NCBI GenBank assembly: GCA_903921205.1
Contig: CAIXPF010000032.1
Coordinates: 2,710 to 66,709 of the forward strand
Reading direction: 5' to 3'
DNA: 64,000 bases
Source: an uncultured Acidimicrobiia bacterium
GTDB taxonomy: Bacteria > Actinomycetota > Acidimicrobiia > Acidimicrobiales > CAIXPF01
The notes under the pieces: model-generated
Told to the model about the DNA's origin: nothing
What the model saw: only the letters and a program-made list of their open reading frames with translations
Databases searched by the model: none
Program-made: the position numbers and the translations under genes
Part shown: positions 37,101-46,316 of the stretch, piece after piece
Position numbering within the stretch: the first letter of the stretch is position 1
Layout: each line of letters starts with the position of its first letter

Positions 37101-37649
37101 GCCCGGATGCAGCACCGGCATGTGCAGGTCGGCCAGCGTGAACTCCGACGCCGAGGGCAGCGTCGAGGACTTGCAGGCCGGGTCGTCGCCGGTGAGGGCC
37201 AGCACGCCGCCGTGCTTCTGGGCGCCGCCGTACGCCGCGTGGCGCAGGGCGTCGCTGGCCCGGTCGAGGCCGGGGGCCTTGCCGTACCAGATGCCGAGCA
37301 CGCCGTCGTAGAGCGGGTCGGGGAAGGTGTTGGCCAGCTGGCTGCCGAACACCGCCGTGGCCCCGAGCTCCTCGTTGAGGCCCGACCGGTGCACCACGTT
37401 GTGCTGATCGAGCAGCGGCTTGTGGGCGATCAGCTCCCGGTCGTAACCGCCGAGCGGCGACCCCTGGTACCCGGAGATGAACGCCGCCGTGCGCAGGCCG
37501 GCGATCTTGTCGGCGCGCATCTGGTCGAGCGGCACGCGCACCAGCGCCTGCACCCCGGTGAAGAAGAACTGGCCCTCGGTCTCGCGGTACTTGGCCTCGA
37601 GGTCCTGGGGAACCGGGCGAGCCGCCGGCCGACCCATCACTTCGGTCAT
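34131..37649 (-). CDS. indolepyruvate:ferredoxin oxidoreductase family protein (fused alpha/beta, 1172 aa)
   Basis: ATG 37649 (MTEVMGRPAARP...FFFTGVQALVR). TPP-binding GDGTF, 4Fe-4S Cys cluster CEGCGDCG...C and a C-terminal Ior-beta-like region. Confidence 0.85.
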   Translation of the reverse strand: MTEVMGRPAARPVPQDLEAKYRETEGQFFFTGVQALVRVPLDQMRADKIAGLRTAAFISGYQGSPLGGYDRELIAHKPLLDQHNVVHRSGLNEELGATAVFGSQLANTFPDPLYDGVLGIWYGKAPGLDRASDALRHAAYGGAQKHGGVLALTGDDPACKSSTLPSASEFTLADLHMPVLHPGNVQEVLDLARHGVYLSRASGLWSSVKIVTSVADGVANAEVGPDRIRPVMPTFLYEGKPFQATVTGSVGPPTTNGIERELYEARLQVARLYGAENNLNKVTIDSPDAWIGIMASGRLYHEVLQALHSLGLGEADLPALGIRMIQIGMMYPLDAGVMRRLTKGLAEVFVVEEKRNFLELHLKEALYGVTGAPLITGKTDPDGRALVQSWGALDADYLIEPLFRRLSTRIDPQRLKGPQPAPAIGIKKKIELLPSRTPYFCSGCPHNTGTKVPEGSAVGAGIGCSGMVTMMDPARVGNIMGITQMGGEGSNWIGIEPFVGTDHFIQNMGDGTFAHSGSLSVRAAVAAGSHLTFKILYNGAVAMTGGQDAAGAMSVPQLSYWLRSEGVARTIVTTDDRGKYKGIDLAPGVEVWARERIIEAQEELRKVPGVTVLIHDQQCAAEKRRDRKRGKVADPATRIVINERVCEGCGDCGMTSNCLSVQPVETEFGRKTRIHQSSCNKDYSCLAGDCPSFLSVVPAKGGKGAAAVSRAEGGARRTPVLDLSRLVEPTLRVSATDATVRMPGIGGTGVVTVSQVLGTAATLDGKFVSGLDQTGLSQKAGPVVSDIRITTEPVEGSNKTSAGEVDLYLVFDQLVALMANNLSGCAPGRTVAVVSTAKSPTGSMLRDPRATYPSDADLRADLDAVTRAGENRYLDAGEVALGLFGDSTTANVLQLGVAYQLGCLPISAQAIEQAIELNGAAIEANKAAFRWGRMWAIDPSAVDAASQHPADKLPRASAELEADIVRRGLGDGELGRIVRLRAADLVEYQDARYAAAYLDTVQKVTGSGDRAFAEAVARNLYKLMAYKDEYEVARLHLEEAARLHVENEVGPGMKVTYHLHPPMLRALGLDSKLELGPWFTPVLAQLRKGKRLRGTPVDPFGRAKVRRVERELIKEYKGLVEKLAGRVDEANSADAVALASLPDGIRGYEDIKLESVDVYHSDLARLKSKLGL

Positions 37650-37796
37650 GGAGACCCTTCCCTTCTGCCACGGATCGCCGCTGTGGTGATCGCGCCCGCT
37701 GCTCACGTTAGCGAAGTACCTGTGACGCTTCGCCGCGGACGGTCGGGGCCCGCCCACCGCAGGAACACTGGCAGCAGCCCGCCGGAGGCGGTCAAG

Positions 37797-37994
37797 ATGG
37801 TCGGTGTGCGAGCGCCCTCCCCTCGGCAGATACGCCTGCTGGTCATCGCGCTGACGCTGCTCGTGCTCGGTCCCTCGATCGCCCGGTGGCAGATGGGCGC
37901 ACTGGGCGTGGGCCTGGTGACCATCGGTGTGGTGATCCTGCTCCAACGACGCCGCCGAGCACCCCAGCCCCCGGGCACCCCCGACCGTCCCTGA
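37797..37994 (+). CDS. 65-aa two-TM small membrane protein (hypothetical)
   Basis: GGAGG lies 7 nt before the ATG. There are two hydrophobic helices ([31 protein letters not shown]). Third positions are GC-rich. Confidence 0.45.
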   Translation: MVGVRAPSPRQIRLLVIALTLLVLGPSIARWQMGALGVGLVTIGVVILLQRRRRAPQPPGTPDRP

Positions 37995-38081
37995 GCGGAT
38001 CCTCGGCGAAACCTGCACCCACGAGCACCCGGCGACCGCCTCCACGGCTCGCAGACCGGGACGTCGTCGTCCCGAGACGGG

Positions 38082-38087
38082 TACGGT
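38082..38087 (+). promoter_or_regulatory. -10 box TACGGT, 5 nt before ATG 38093
   Basis: TANNNT at leaderless spacing. Confidence 0.35.
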
Positions 38088-38092
38088 GCGGC

Positions 38093-38950
38093 ATGCCGAG
38101 CACCGTCACCACCGCCGCCGGGACCTTCACCGCCGAGATCGACGGACCCGACGACGGCCCGCTGGTGCTGTTCCTGCACGGCTACCCGCAGAGCCGCCAC
38201 ACCTGGCGGGCCCAGCAACCGGCCCTGGCGGCCGAGGGCTGGCGGACGGTGGCCATCGACCAGCGCGGCTACTCCCCCGGCGCACGGCCCGACCCGTCCG
38301 AGCCGGCGAACTACCACGTCGATGCGCTCGTCGGCGACGTCATCGCCGTCGCCGCGGCACTCGGCCATGGCGAGACGCAACCGTTCCACCTGGTCGGCCA
38401 CGACTGGGGCGGTGCGGTCGCCTGGCTGGTGGCCGACCGCCACCCGGCGGCGCTGGCCTCGTTGTGCGTGCTGTCGCGTCCGCACCCGCGGGCCTTCCGG
38501 GCAGCGCTCGAGGCCGACGCCGACGGACAGCGCCACCGGTCCCGTCATCACAAGGCCTTCCACGACCCCGACACCGCCCGGCTGCTGCTCGAGGACGACG
38601 CCCGCCGGCTGCGCCGGGGCCTGGTCGACAACGGCGTGCCCGCGGCCAACGCCGAGGCATACCTCTCGGTACTGAACGACCCGGCGGCGCTCGAGGCCGC
38701 CCTGGCGTGGTACCGCTCGGCGGGTACCGTCAGCGCCCTCGACGCCGCCGACATCGTCGTGCCCACCCTGTACCTGTGGGGCGACCACGACCAGTCCGTC
38801 GGGCGGGCCGCAGCCGAGGGCACCGGCGTGCACGTGCGCGCCCCGTACCGCTTCGTCGAGGTACCGGACGGCGGGCACTTCCTCACCGACGACCACCCCT
38901 CGGTCGTCACCGACGCACTGCTGGCCCATCTCGCGGCGTACCGGACCTGA
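38093..38950 (+). CDS. alpha/beta hydrolase (epoxide hydrolase / haloalkane dehalogenase-like)
   Basis: LFLHGYPQS, nucleophile elbow GHDWGG and a C-terminal DGGHF. Confidence 0.8.
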   Translation: MPSTVTTAAGTFTAEIDGPDDGPLVLFLHGYPQSRHTWRAQQPALAAEGWRTVAIDQRGYSPGARPDPSEPANYHVDALVGDVIAVAAALGHGETQPFHLVGHDWGGAVAWLVADRHPAALASLCVLSRPHPRAFRAALEADADGQRHRSRHHKAFHDPDTARLLLEDDARRLRRGLVDNGVPAANAEAYLSVLNDPAALEAALAWYRSAGTVSALDAADIVVPTLYLWGDHDQSVGRAAAEGTGVHVRAPYRFVEVPDGGHFLTDDHPSVVTDALLAHLAAYRT

Positions 38951-38986
38951 CGGCGGCTACGGTCCGGCCGGAGACAGGAGCGAACC

Positions 38987-40369
38987 ATGGACTGCATCAT
39001 CCGCAATGCGACGGTCGTGACGGCAGGGGCGGTCAGCCCCAACACCGACATCGGCATCGACGGCGGCCGCATCGTGCAACTCGGCGGGCCCATGCAGGCC
39101 GACCGGGAGATCGACGCCGCCGGTCGCTACGTCCTGCCGGGCGGGATCGACGCCCACGTCCACCTGACCGCCGCCGGATCCGAGCCGCACTCCTACCGTT
39201 GGGTCGACGATTTCGCCGCCGGAACCGCTGCGGCCCTCGCCGGCGGCGTCACCACCGTCGGCAACATGTCCCACCCGGGCCGCGACGAGTCCGTCCTCGC
39301 GGCCGTCGAACGTGACGCCGCCGACGGGTCGGCCAACGCCCGCTGCGACTTCTTCCTGCACCCGGTCCTGATGGACCCGACCCCCTCCGAGCTCGACGCC
39401 GTCGCCGCACTGCACGCCGCAGGCCACACCAGCGTCAAGATCTTCCTGTCCTTCCGCCGCTTCGACCGCTCGGTGTCGGGTTTCCTGGACGCCTTCCGGC
39501 GCATCGAGGCCCTCGGCGGCATCGCCCTGGTGCACTGCGAGGACGTGGCGCTCATGGACTGCGCCTGCACCATGCTGCGCGAGCAGGGCAAGTTGGGGGC
39601 CGAGCACTTCCCGGCCGGACGGCCCCTCGCCGCCGAACGGGCGGCCACCGAGCGGGCCGTGGCCATGGGCGAGGTCACCGGGTGCCCGATCTACATCGTG
39701 CACCTGTCCTCCCTCGCCGCCCTCGACGCCTGCCGAGCGGCGCAGGCCCGCGGCACCAACGTCGAGATCGAGACCCGGCCCATCTACCTGTTCCTCACCG
39801 AGGAACGTTTCGCCGAGGCCGGAGGCGCCCGTTACGCCGGCGCCCCTCCGTTGCGCACCGAGCGCGACGTGGAGGGCCTGTGGGCGGCCATGACCCAGGG
39901 CAGCATCGCCACCGTGGCCACCGACCACGCCCCGTGGACGCTGAGCCAGAAGCTCGACCCCGCCCTCGACGCCACCGACCTACGGCTCGGTATGGCGGAG
40001 CTGGAGACGATGTTGCCGATGCTGTGGTGGGCCGGGGTGCGTACCGGGCGGCTGTCCATGAGCCGCTTCGTCGAGCTGACCTCCACCAACGCTGCCAAGT
40101 TGTTCGGTATGTACCCCCGCAAGGGAACCATCGCCGTCGGCTCCGACGCCGACCTGGTGATCTGGAACAACGACGAGACCAAGGTCATCGACGGCAGCGG
40201 CGGCTACTCCAACGCCGACTTCTCGCCCTATGACGGCTGGTCGGTCACCGGCTGGCCCGACCTGGTGCTCAGCCGCGGGGAGGTCGTGGTCGAAGCCGGC
40301 CGGCTCACCGACGCCGCACGACCCGGCCGGGGACGGCTCGCCGAGCGCGGCCCGAGCCAGCGCCGCTGA
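38987..40369 (+). CDS. cyclic amidohydrolase (dihydropyrimidinase / hydantoinase type)
   Basis: PGGIDAHVHL metal motif, a candidate carbamylated Lys in SVKIFLS, HCED and ATDHAPW motifs. AGGAG lies 6 nt upstream. Confidence 0.75.
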   Translation: MDCIIRNATVVTAGAVSPNTDIGIDGGRIVQLGGPMQADREIDAAGRYVLPGGIDAHVHLTAAGSEPHSYRWVDDFAAGTAAALAGGVTTVGNMSHPGRDESVLAAVERDAADGSANARCDFFLHPVLMDPTPSELDAVAALHAAGHTSVKIFLSFRRFDRSVSGFLDAFRRIEALGGIALVHCEDVALMDCACTMLREQGKLGAEHFPAGRPLAAERAATERAVAMGEVTGCPIYIVHLSSLAALDACRAAQARGTNVEIETRPIYLFLTEERFAEAGGARYAGAPPLRTERDVEGLWAAMTQGSIATVATDHAPWTLSQKLDPALDATDLRLGMAELETMLPMLWWAGVRTGRLSMSRFVELTSTNAAKLFGMYPRKGTIAVGSDADLVIWNNDETKVIDGSGGYSNADFSPYDGWSVTGWPDLVLSRGEVVVEAGRLTDAARPGRGRLAERGPSQRR

Positions 40370-40434
40370 GCGCTCCGGGGCGTCCGGCCCTGCGGTACCC
40401 CCGTTCCGGTCACCGGGCGGGCATGATCTGACCG

Positions 40435-42066
40435 ATGGCCCGCGACCCTTCCCCGATCCCGCCCGAGGAGCTGACCACGACGCCGCCGTGGCAGGCCCTC
40501 ACCGCCCACCACCGCGCCATCGGCTCGGCCCATCTTCGCGACCTGTTCGCCGCGGACCCCGAGCGGGCCCAGCGGCTCAGCGTCGAGGCCGACGGGCTGC
40601 TGGTCGATCTCAGCAAGAACCGGGTCACCCACGACACCCTGACGTTGTTGACCGGGTTGGCCCGACAGCGGGGACTGGCCGAGCACATCGAGGCGATGTT
40701 CCGGGGCGATCGCATCAACGTCACCGAGGACCGCCCGGTGCTGCACACCGCGTTGCGTCTTCCCCGCGACCGGCGGCTGATCGTCGAGGGCAGCGACGTC
40801 GTGGCCGACGTCCACCGGGTGCTGGAGCGGGCGTACGGCTTCGCCCGGGATGTGCGGCGGGGCAACTGGCTCGGCCACACCGACCGGCCGCTCAGCACCG
40901 TCGTGAACATCGGTATCGGCGGCTCGGACCTCGGCCCCGCCATGGCCTACGACGCCCTGGCCGCCGTCCGCGGCGAGGGGCTCGACTGCCACTTCGTGTC
41001 GAACATCGACGGGGCCGACATCGCCTCGGTCCTCGCCCGGGTCGACCCGGAGACCACCCTGTTCGTGGTGTCCTCGAAGACCTTCACCACCCTCGAGACC
41101 CTCACCAACGCCCACACCGCCCGGGCCTGGCTGGTGGAGCGCGCCGGCAGCGAGCGCGCCGTGGCCCGCCAGTTCGTGGCGGTGTCGACCAACGCCGACG
41201 AGGTCGTCCGTTTCGGGATCGACCCGGCGAACATGTTCGGCTTCTGGGACTGGGTGGGCGGGCGCTACTCGATGGACTCCGCCATCGGCCTGTCGCTGAT
41301 GATCGCCATCGGCCCGGAGCGCTTCACCGAGCTGCTCGCCGGGTTCCACGCCATGGACGAGCACTTCCGCACCGCACCCTTCGAGCGCAACCTGCCGGTG
41401 CTGCTGGGCCTGCTGGGCATCTGGTACACCAACTTCTTCGGCGCCGAGACCCATGCGGTGCTGCCCTACGCCCACGAGCTCGGCCGGTTCCCGGCGTACC
41501 TGCAGCAGCTCGACATGGAGTCCAACGGCAAGTCGGTGACCGCCGCGGGTCTGCCCGTCGCCCATGCCACCGGCCCGGTGGTGTGGGGCACCCCGGGCAC
41601 CAACGGTCAGCATGCCTATTTCCAGCTGCTGCACCAGGGAACCCGACTGGTGCCGGCCGATTTCATCGGCTTCGCTCGTTCCAACTTCCCGGGCGGCGAC
41701 CATCACGATCTGCTGATGGCCAACTTCTTCGCCCAGACCGAGGCCCTCGCCTTCGGCCAGGACGCCCCCGCCGGCCAGCCGTACCGGTCCTTCGCCGGCA
41801 ACCGGCCCACCACCACGCTGCTGGCCGAACGGCTGACCCCGTTCGTGCTGGGCCAGCTGGTGGCGCTCTACGAGCACAAGGTGTTCACCCAGGGCTCGAT
41901 CTGGGGTCTCAACAGCTTCGACCAGTGGGGCGTGGAGCTGGGCAAGGTCCTCGCCGGCCGCATCGCCCCGGAGCTGCGCGCCGCCGGCGACCCGGCGCTC
42001 GGCCATGACGGTTCCACCAACCGGTTGATCGGCTGGTACCGCCGTCACCGTTCGGACACGGCCTGA
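40435..42066 (+). CDS. pgi: glucose-6-phosphate isomerase
   Basis: 543 aa. [24 protein letters not shown] and ESNGK signature motifs. Confidence 0.95.
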   Translation: MARDPSPIPPEELTTTPPWQALTAHHRAIGSAHLRDLFAADPERAQRLSVEADGLLVDLSKNRVTHDTLTLLTGLARQRGLAEHIEAMFRGDRINVTEDRPVLHTALRLPRDRRLIVEGSDVVADVHRVLERAYGFARDVRRGNWLGHTDRPLSTVVNIGIGGSDLGPAMAYDALAAVRGEGLDCHFVSNIDGADIASVLARVDPETTLFVVSSKTFTTLETLTNAHTARAWLVERAGSERAVARQFVAVSTNADEVVRFGIDPANMFGFWDWVGGRYSMDSAIGLSLMIAIGPERFTELLAGFHAMDEHFRTAPFERNLPVLLGLLGIWYTNFFGAETHAVLPYAHELGRFPAYLQQLDMESNGKSVTAAGLPVAHATGPVVWGTPGTNGQHAYFQLLHQGTRLVPADFIGFARSNFPGGDHHDLLMANFFAQTEALAFGQDAPAGQPYRSFAGNRPTTTLLAERLTPFVLGQLVALYEHKVFTQGSIWGLNSFDQWGVELGKVLAGRIAPELRAAGDPALGHDGSTNRLIGWYRRHRSDTA

Positions 42067-42096
42067 ACGGAAACGGCGATGGCAGCGATTCCCGGA

Positions 42097-42147
42097 CGCG
42101 ACATGCAGATAGGCGCGACATGCAGATAGGCGCGACATGCAGATAGG
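42097..42147. repeat. 17-bp tandem repeat x3 (CGCGACATGCAGATAGG). Each copy contains the gnd-like start context ATGCAGATAGG
   Basis: Read directly. ATGs are at 42103, 42120 and 42137, and only the third is in frame with the gene. Confidence 0.95.
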
Positions 42148-43291
42148 TATGGTCGGGCTGGGGCGGATGGGGGCCAACCTGGTGCGACGGCTGCTCGCCG
42201 CCGGCCATCAGTGCGTGGTGTACGACACCGACCCGGCGGCGGTCCGGCGGCTGCGACGCGCCGGCGCAGCGGGCGCCCCGTCGCTTGCAGCGCTGGTCGA
42301 ACGGCTCGACGGGCCGCGAGCGGTGTGGGTGATGGTCCCCCACGAGGTGGCCGGCACCACGATCGCCGCGGTGGCCGACCTGCTCGACCCGGGCGACATC
42401 GTCATCGACGGCGGCAACTCCGACTACCGCGACAGCGCAGCCCGGGCGAGGGCCCTGCGGCCTCGGGGCATTCACCACCTCGACGTCGGTACCAGCGGCG
42501 GGATCCACGGTCTCGAACGCGGCTTCTGCCTGATGATCGGCGGTGACCCCGAACCGGTGCGACGGCTCGACCCGATCTTCGCCGCGCTGGCGCCGGGTGT
42601 GGACGCCGCCCCGCGCACCCTGGCCGGCCGGCGCCGTCACCGCACCCGCCCCGGAGCACCGGCTGCGTCGAGCGCACCGTCCACCCCGACCGCTCGGGCT
42701 GCCCGGACCGTCCCATCCACTGCGTCCACCGCGGAGCATGGCTACCTGCACTGCGGCCCGCCCGGTGCGGGGCACTTCGTGAAGATGGTTCACAACGGCA
42801 TCGAGTACGGGCTGATGGCCGCATACGCCGAGGGCTTCAACCTGCTGGCCTCCGCCGCAACCGCCGGCAGCGGCACCGCTGAGCCCGCCTCGGACGCGGC
42901 CGGCGCGGCCCGCGCCGCCGGCGACGGGCAGGCCGCTACGACGGGAGGCGGCGATCCCGGCCTGCCGCCGGTGCCGGAACGCTTCGACCTCGACCTGGCC
43001 GCGGTGGCGGAACTGTGGCGACGGGGCTCGGTGGTGTCGTCGTGGTTGCTGGACCTCACCGCTGCCGCCCTCGCCGAGGACCCGCAGCTCGAGGCCTTCG
43101 ACGGTTACGTCTCCGACTCGGGCGAGGGCCGCTGGACCGTCGAGACCGCGGTCGACCGTGGCGTCCCGGTACCGGTGCTGTCGGCGGCGCTGTTCGGCCG
43201 CTTCGCCTCCCAGGGCCGCAGCGACGTCGCGAACCGGTTGCTCTCGGCGATGCGGGCCCGTTTCGGCGGCCACCGGGAACCGGGCCGATGA
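42137..43291 (+). CDS. gnd: decarboxylating 6-phosphogluconate dehydrogenase (short Gnd/YqeC type) with two low-complexity inserts
   Basis: MQIGMVGLGRMGANL Rossmann start, HCGPPGAGHFVKMVHNGIEYG and WRRGSVVSSWLLDL motifs. Confidence 0.8.
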   Translation: MQIGMVGLGRMGANLVRRLLAAGHQCVVYDTDPAAVRRLRRAGAAGAPSLAALVERLDGPRAVWVMVPHEVAGTTIAAVADLLDPGDIVIDGGNSDYRDSAARARALRPRGIHHLDVGTSGGIHGLERGFCLMIGGDPEPVRRLDPIFAALAPGVDAAPRTLAGRRRHRTRPGAPAASSAPSTPTARAARTVPSTASTAEHGYLHCGPPGAGHFVKMVHNGIEYGLMAAYAEGFNLLASAATAGSGTAEPASDAAGAARAAGDGQAATTGGGDPGLPPVPERFDLDLAAVAELWRRGSVVSSWLLDLTAAALAEDPQLEAFDGYVSDSGEGRWTVETAVDRGVPVPVLSAALFGRFASQGRSDVANRLLSAMRARFGGHREPGR

Positions 43292-44163
43292 ACGCCGCAA
43301 CGAACCCACCGGCGCCGGTATCGCCCGGCCCGACCGCGAGCGCGGCAGCCGGCGACCCGGTGGCCGGCGGCGCGGCAGGGCCGGTCGTACTCGGCATCGA
43401 CGTCGGTGGTTCGTCGGTCAAGGCCGCGCCCGTCGAGGTCGACCGTGGCCGGATCATCGGTGAACGCCTGGTCCTGCCCACCCCGTCACCGGCCACGCCG
43501 GCGGCGCTGGGGGCCACCGTGGGGGCCGTCGCCGCCCACTTCGGCTGGTCGGGGCCGATCGGCTGCACCTTCCCCGGCGTGGTGCGCCAGGACACGACGC
43601 TCACCGCCACCCACCTCGATCCCGGTTGGGTCGGCCTCGACGCCGCGGCGCTGCTGCAGCGGGTCACCGGCTGCACGGTGTCGCTGACCAACGACGCCGA
43701 CGCCGCCGGCCTGGCCGAAGCTGCGTTCGGCGCCGCGGCCGGCCACGACGGGGTCGTCCTCGTGCTGACCTTCGGCACCGGCATCGGCTCGGCGTTGCTG
43801 TCGGAGGGCCGTCTGGTACCCAACACCGAGTTCGGCCTGTTGCCGGTCCGTGGCCGGCCCGCCGAGGAGCGTGCCGCCGCCCGGATCCGCACCGAACGTG
43901 GGCTGAGCTGGCGGCGGTACGCAAGGCTGGTGAACGAGTATCTCGCCGTGGTCGAGACGGTGCTGTGGCCCGACCGCATCGTCATCGGTGGTGGGGTGTC
44001 CGCCGACGCCGCCGAGTGGCTGCACCTGCTGACCGCCCGGGCCGAGATCGTGCCGGCGCAGCTCGCCAACGACGCCGGCCTGATCGGCGCGGCCTGCTGG
44101 GCCGCCGACCGCCAGGACCGGCCGGGCAGGACCCGCCGCGCCGCCGACGGGCGGACCCGGTGA
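43288..44163 (+). CDS. ppgK: polyphosphate glucokinase (ROK family)
   Basis: GIDVGGSSVKAA, NDADAAGLAE and LTFGTGIGSAL motifs. The ATG overlaps the gnd stop (ATGA). Confidence 0.85.
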   Translation: MNAATNPPAPVSPGPTASAAAGDPVAGGAAGPVVLGIDVGGSSVKAAPVEVDRGRIIGERLVLPTPSPATPAALGATVGAVAAHFGWSGPIGCTFPGVVRQDTTLTATHLDPGWVGLDAAALLQRVTGCTVSLTNDADAAGLAEAAFGAAAGHDGVVLVLTFGTGIGSALLSEGRLVPNTEFGLLPVRGRPAEERAAARIRTERGLSWRRYARLVNEYLAVVETVLWPDRIVIGGGVSADAAEWLHLLTARAEIVPAQLANDAGLIGAACWAADRQDRPGRTRRAADGRTR

Positions 44164-45596
44164 GCGGCGCCGTTGTCGACGCGGTCGTCGTCGGGGCCGG
44201 CCCGAACGGGCTGACCGCCGCCGCGGTGCTGGCCCGTGCCGGTCTGGCGGTGACCGTCCTCGAGGCCGCGGACACCCCGGGCGGGGGCTGCCGGTCGGCG
44301 GAGGTGACCCTGCCCGGGTTCCTGCACGACCGGTGTGCGGCCGTGCATCCGTTGGCCGCCCTCTCGCCGGCCTTCGCCGAGCTGGGCCTGGCCGACCACG
44401 GCCTGCGATGGCTGCACAGCCCGGTGGCGCTCGCCCACCCCCTCGACCACGGGCGGGCTGCGGTGCTGTGGTCCGATCTCGATCGCACCGCCGATGGGCT
44501 CGGCGCCGACGGGGATCGCTACCGCCGGATGCTGGCCCCGGTGGTCCGCGACTGGCCGGCCATCGCCGAGGCCACGATGGGGCCGCTCACCACGGTGCCC
44601 CGCCATCCCCTCGCCGTCGCCCGCTTCGGGCTGCGCGCCCTGCCGCCCGCCACCTGGGTGCAGCGGCGCTGGTTCCGTACCGAGGAGGCCGCGGCGTTGT
44701 GGGCAGGCTCTGCGGCGCATGCGATCCTGCCGTTGTCGTCCCCGTTCACCAGTGCGTTCGCCGTGCTGCTGCAGGGCGCAGCCCATGTGGGTGGCTGGCC
44801 GGTGGCGGCGGGCGGTTCCGGGCAGATCATCGAGGCGCTCCTGCAGGTCACCGGGCAGGCCGGGGTCGGCATCGAGACCAATCGGCCGGTCCAATGCCTC
44901 GAGGATCTGCCGCCGTCACGGCTGGTCCTGTTCGACCTGGCGCTCAGCCAGGTGCTGCAGATCGCCGGCGACCGGATCGGGAGACGTGGCCGGCGCTGGA
45001 TGGGCCGCTTCCGGCACGGACCGGGCTCGTTCAAGATCGACTACGCCCTGTCCGGGCCGGTGCCGTGGGCCAACGAGGCCTGCCGGGCCGCGACGACCGT
45101 GCACGTGGGCGGCACCGCGGCGGAGATCGCCGTGGCCGAGGCCGAGGTGGCAGCCGGACGCCACCCGGAGCGACCGCTGGTGCTGGTGGCCCAGCAGGAT
45201 CTCGCCGATCCCGGACGGGTGCCGCCGGGCCGGGCCGCCCTGTGGGCCTACTGCCATGTCCCGGCGGGCTCGACGCTCGACATGACCGCGGCGATCGAGG
45301 CCCAGATCGAGCGTTTCGCCCCCGGCTTCGGCGACCTCGTCGTGGCCCGTCACACCACCGATGCCCGGCAACTCGAGGCGTACAACGCCTCCTACGTCGG
45401 CGGGGACATCACCGGCGGTTCCCATGCCGGGCTGCAGTTGCTGGCCCGACCGCACCCCTCGACCAGGCCCTACCGGCTGCCCTGGCCGGGCGCGTTCCTG
45501 TGCTCGGCATCGGCCCCACCCGGTGCCGGTGTGCACGGCATGGCCGGGTACCACGCCGCACAGGACGCCCTTCGCTGGTTACGGCAGGGCGACTGA
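44160..45596 (+). CDS. phytoene-desaturase-family NAD(P)/FAD-dependent oxidoreductase
   Basis: VVVGAGPNGLTAAAVLARAGLAVTVLEA dinucleotide fold. The GTG overlaps the ppgK stop (GTGA). Confidence 0.75.
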   Translation: MSGAVVDAVVVGAGPNGLTAAAVLARAGLAVTVLEAADTPGGGCRSAEVTLPGFLHDRCAAVHPLAALSPAFAELGLADHGLRWLHSPVALAHPLDHGRAAVLWSDLDRTADGLGADGDRYRRMLAPVVRDWPAIAEATMGPLTTVPRHPLAVARFGLRALPPATWVQRRWFRTEEAAALWAGSAAHAILPLSSPFTSAFAVLLQGAAHVGGWPVAAGGSGQIIEALLQVTGQAGVGIETNRPVQCLEDLPPSRLVLFDLALSQVLQIAGDRIGRRGRRWMGRFRHGPGSFKIDYALSGPVPWANEACRAATTVHVGGTAAEIAVAEAEVAAGRHPERPLVLVAQQDLADPGRVPPGRAALWAYCHVPAGSTLDMTAAIEAQIERFAPGFGDLVVARHTTDARQLEAYNASYVGGDITGGSHAGLQLLARPHPSTRPYRLPWPGAFLCSASAPPGAGVHGMAGYHAAQDALRWLRQGD

Positions 45597-45645
45597 GACC
45601 GTGCGACCGGATCCGCACCGCACCCGGCCCGGCCCGGCCCGGCGT

Positions 45646-46029
45646 TCACCCCGTTGCCATCCGGTTCACGATGTGATCCATCACGGGACCGTGCAACGCC
45701 TGTGGGCTGAACAGCACCAGCTCGGCGTCCTCCTCGACGCGGACGCTGTGCCCACCAGGCCAGTAGAAGACGTCGCCGGTGACGCAGACGTCGGGAGGGG
45801 CGTCGCGGTAGGTCACCACGGCCCGCCCCGCGATGACGTAGCCCCAGTGCGGTGAGTCGCAGGCGTCGTTGTCGAGGCCGACGAGCAGCGGCGCCAGGTC
45901 CGTGCCCGCGGCGAGGGTGAAGTACTCCGCTCCCATCGTGCCCGAGGCGTTCCCGAAGTCCTCGAGCTGCCGGGCAACTGCTCCGGGCACGTCGATCTTG
46001 ACCGGCAGATCCTGCTTCTGTGCGCGCAT
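45646..46029 (-). CDS. cupin domain protein, 127 aa
   Basis: ATG 46029 has AAAGGA 9 nt upstream. Cupin-like core ...PHWGYVIAGRAVVTY...GDVFYWPGGH. Confidence 0.6.
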   Translation of the reverse strand: MRAQKQDLPVKIDVPGAVARQLEDFGNASGTMGAEYFTLAAGTDLAPLLVGLDNDACDSPHWGYVIAGRAVVTYRDAPPDVCVTGDVFYWPGGHSVRVEEDAELVLFSPQALHGPVMDHIVNRMATG

Positions 46030-46304
46030 GATGGGCGGTCCTTTGTGTCGTGGTCGTCTCGCCGGGGGGTGGCACCCGGCCAGGGAGCACCGTGTGGACG
46101 CCGCCGATCGGACCTGCCGGTGTGGCGTCGAGGACGTACCCGCATGCCGCCGTCGGCAAACCCCGGTGTGAGCCTCGACGGGGCGGACCGGGTGCGTCAC
46201 GCCGTGGTTGCCCCCACCGGGCCGGAGCGGATCGGACGGCACCGCAACCGGCACCCCGTTCGGACGTCCGGCCCCGGCGCACGGTGCCGCCGGCCCGGCA
46301 GGGG

Positions 46305-46310
46305 TACCGT
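46305..46310 (+). promoter_or_regulatory. -10 box TACCGT, 6 nt before ATG 46317
   Basis: TANNNT at leaderless spacing. Confidence 0.4.
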
Positions 46311-46316
46311 CGCGTC

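Noticed and set aside
42610-42740. Whether the gnd-like gene is a pseudogene, because of its Arg/Pro/Ser-rich insert.
   Set aside because: The reading frame is continuous and the conserved motifs on both sides are in the same frame. An insert, or at worst a compensated sequencing error, is therefore more likely than inactivation.
46030-46316. The 287-bp divergent spacer between the cupin and the methyltransferase, examined for a riboswitch or a small ORF.
   Set aside because: I recognised no conserved riboswitch core, saw no convincing -10 box for the cupin and found no ORF with start signals. It may still hold a regulatory element, but I cannot support one.
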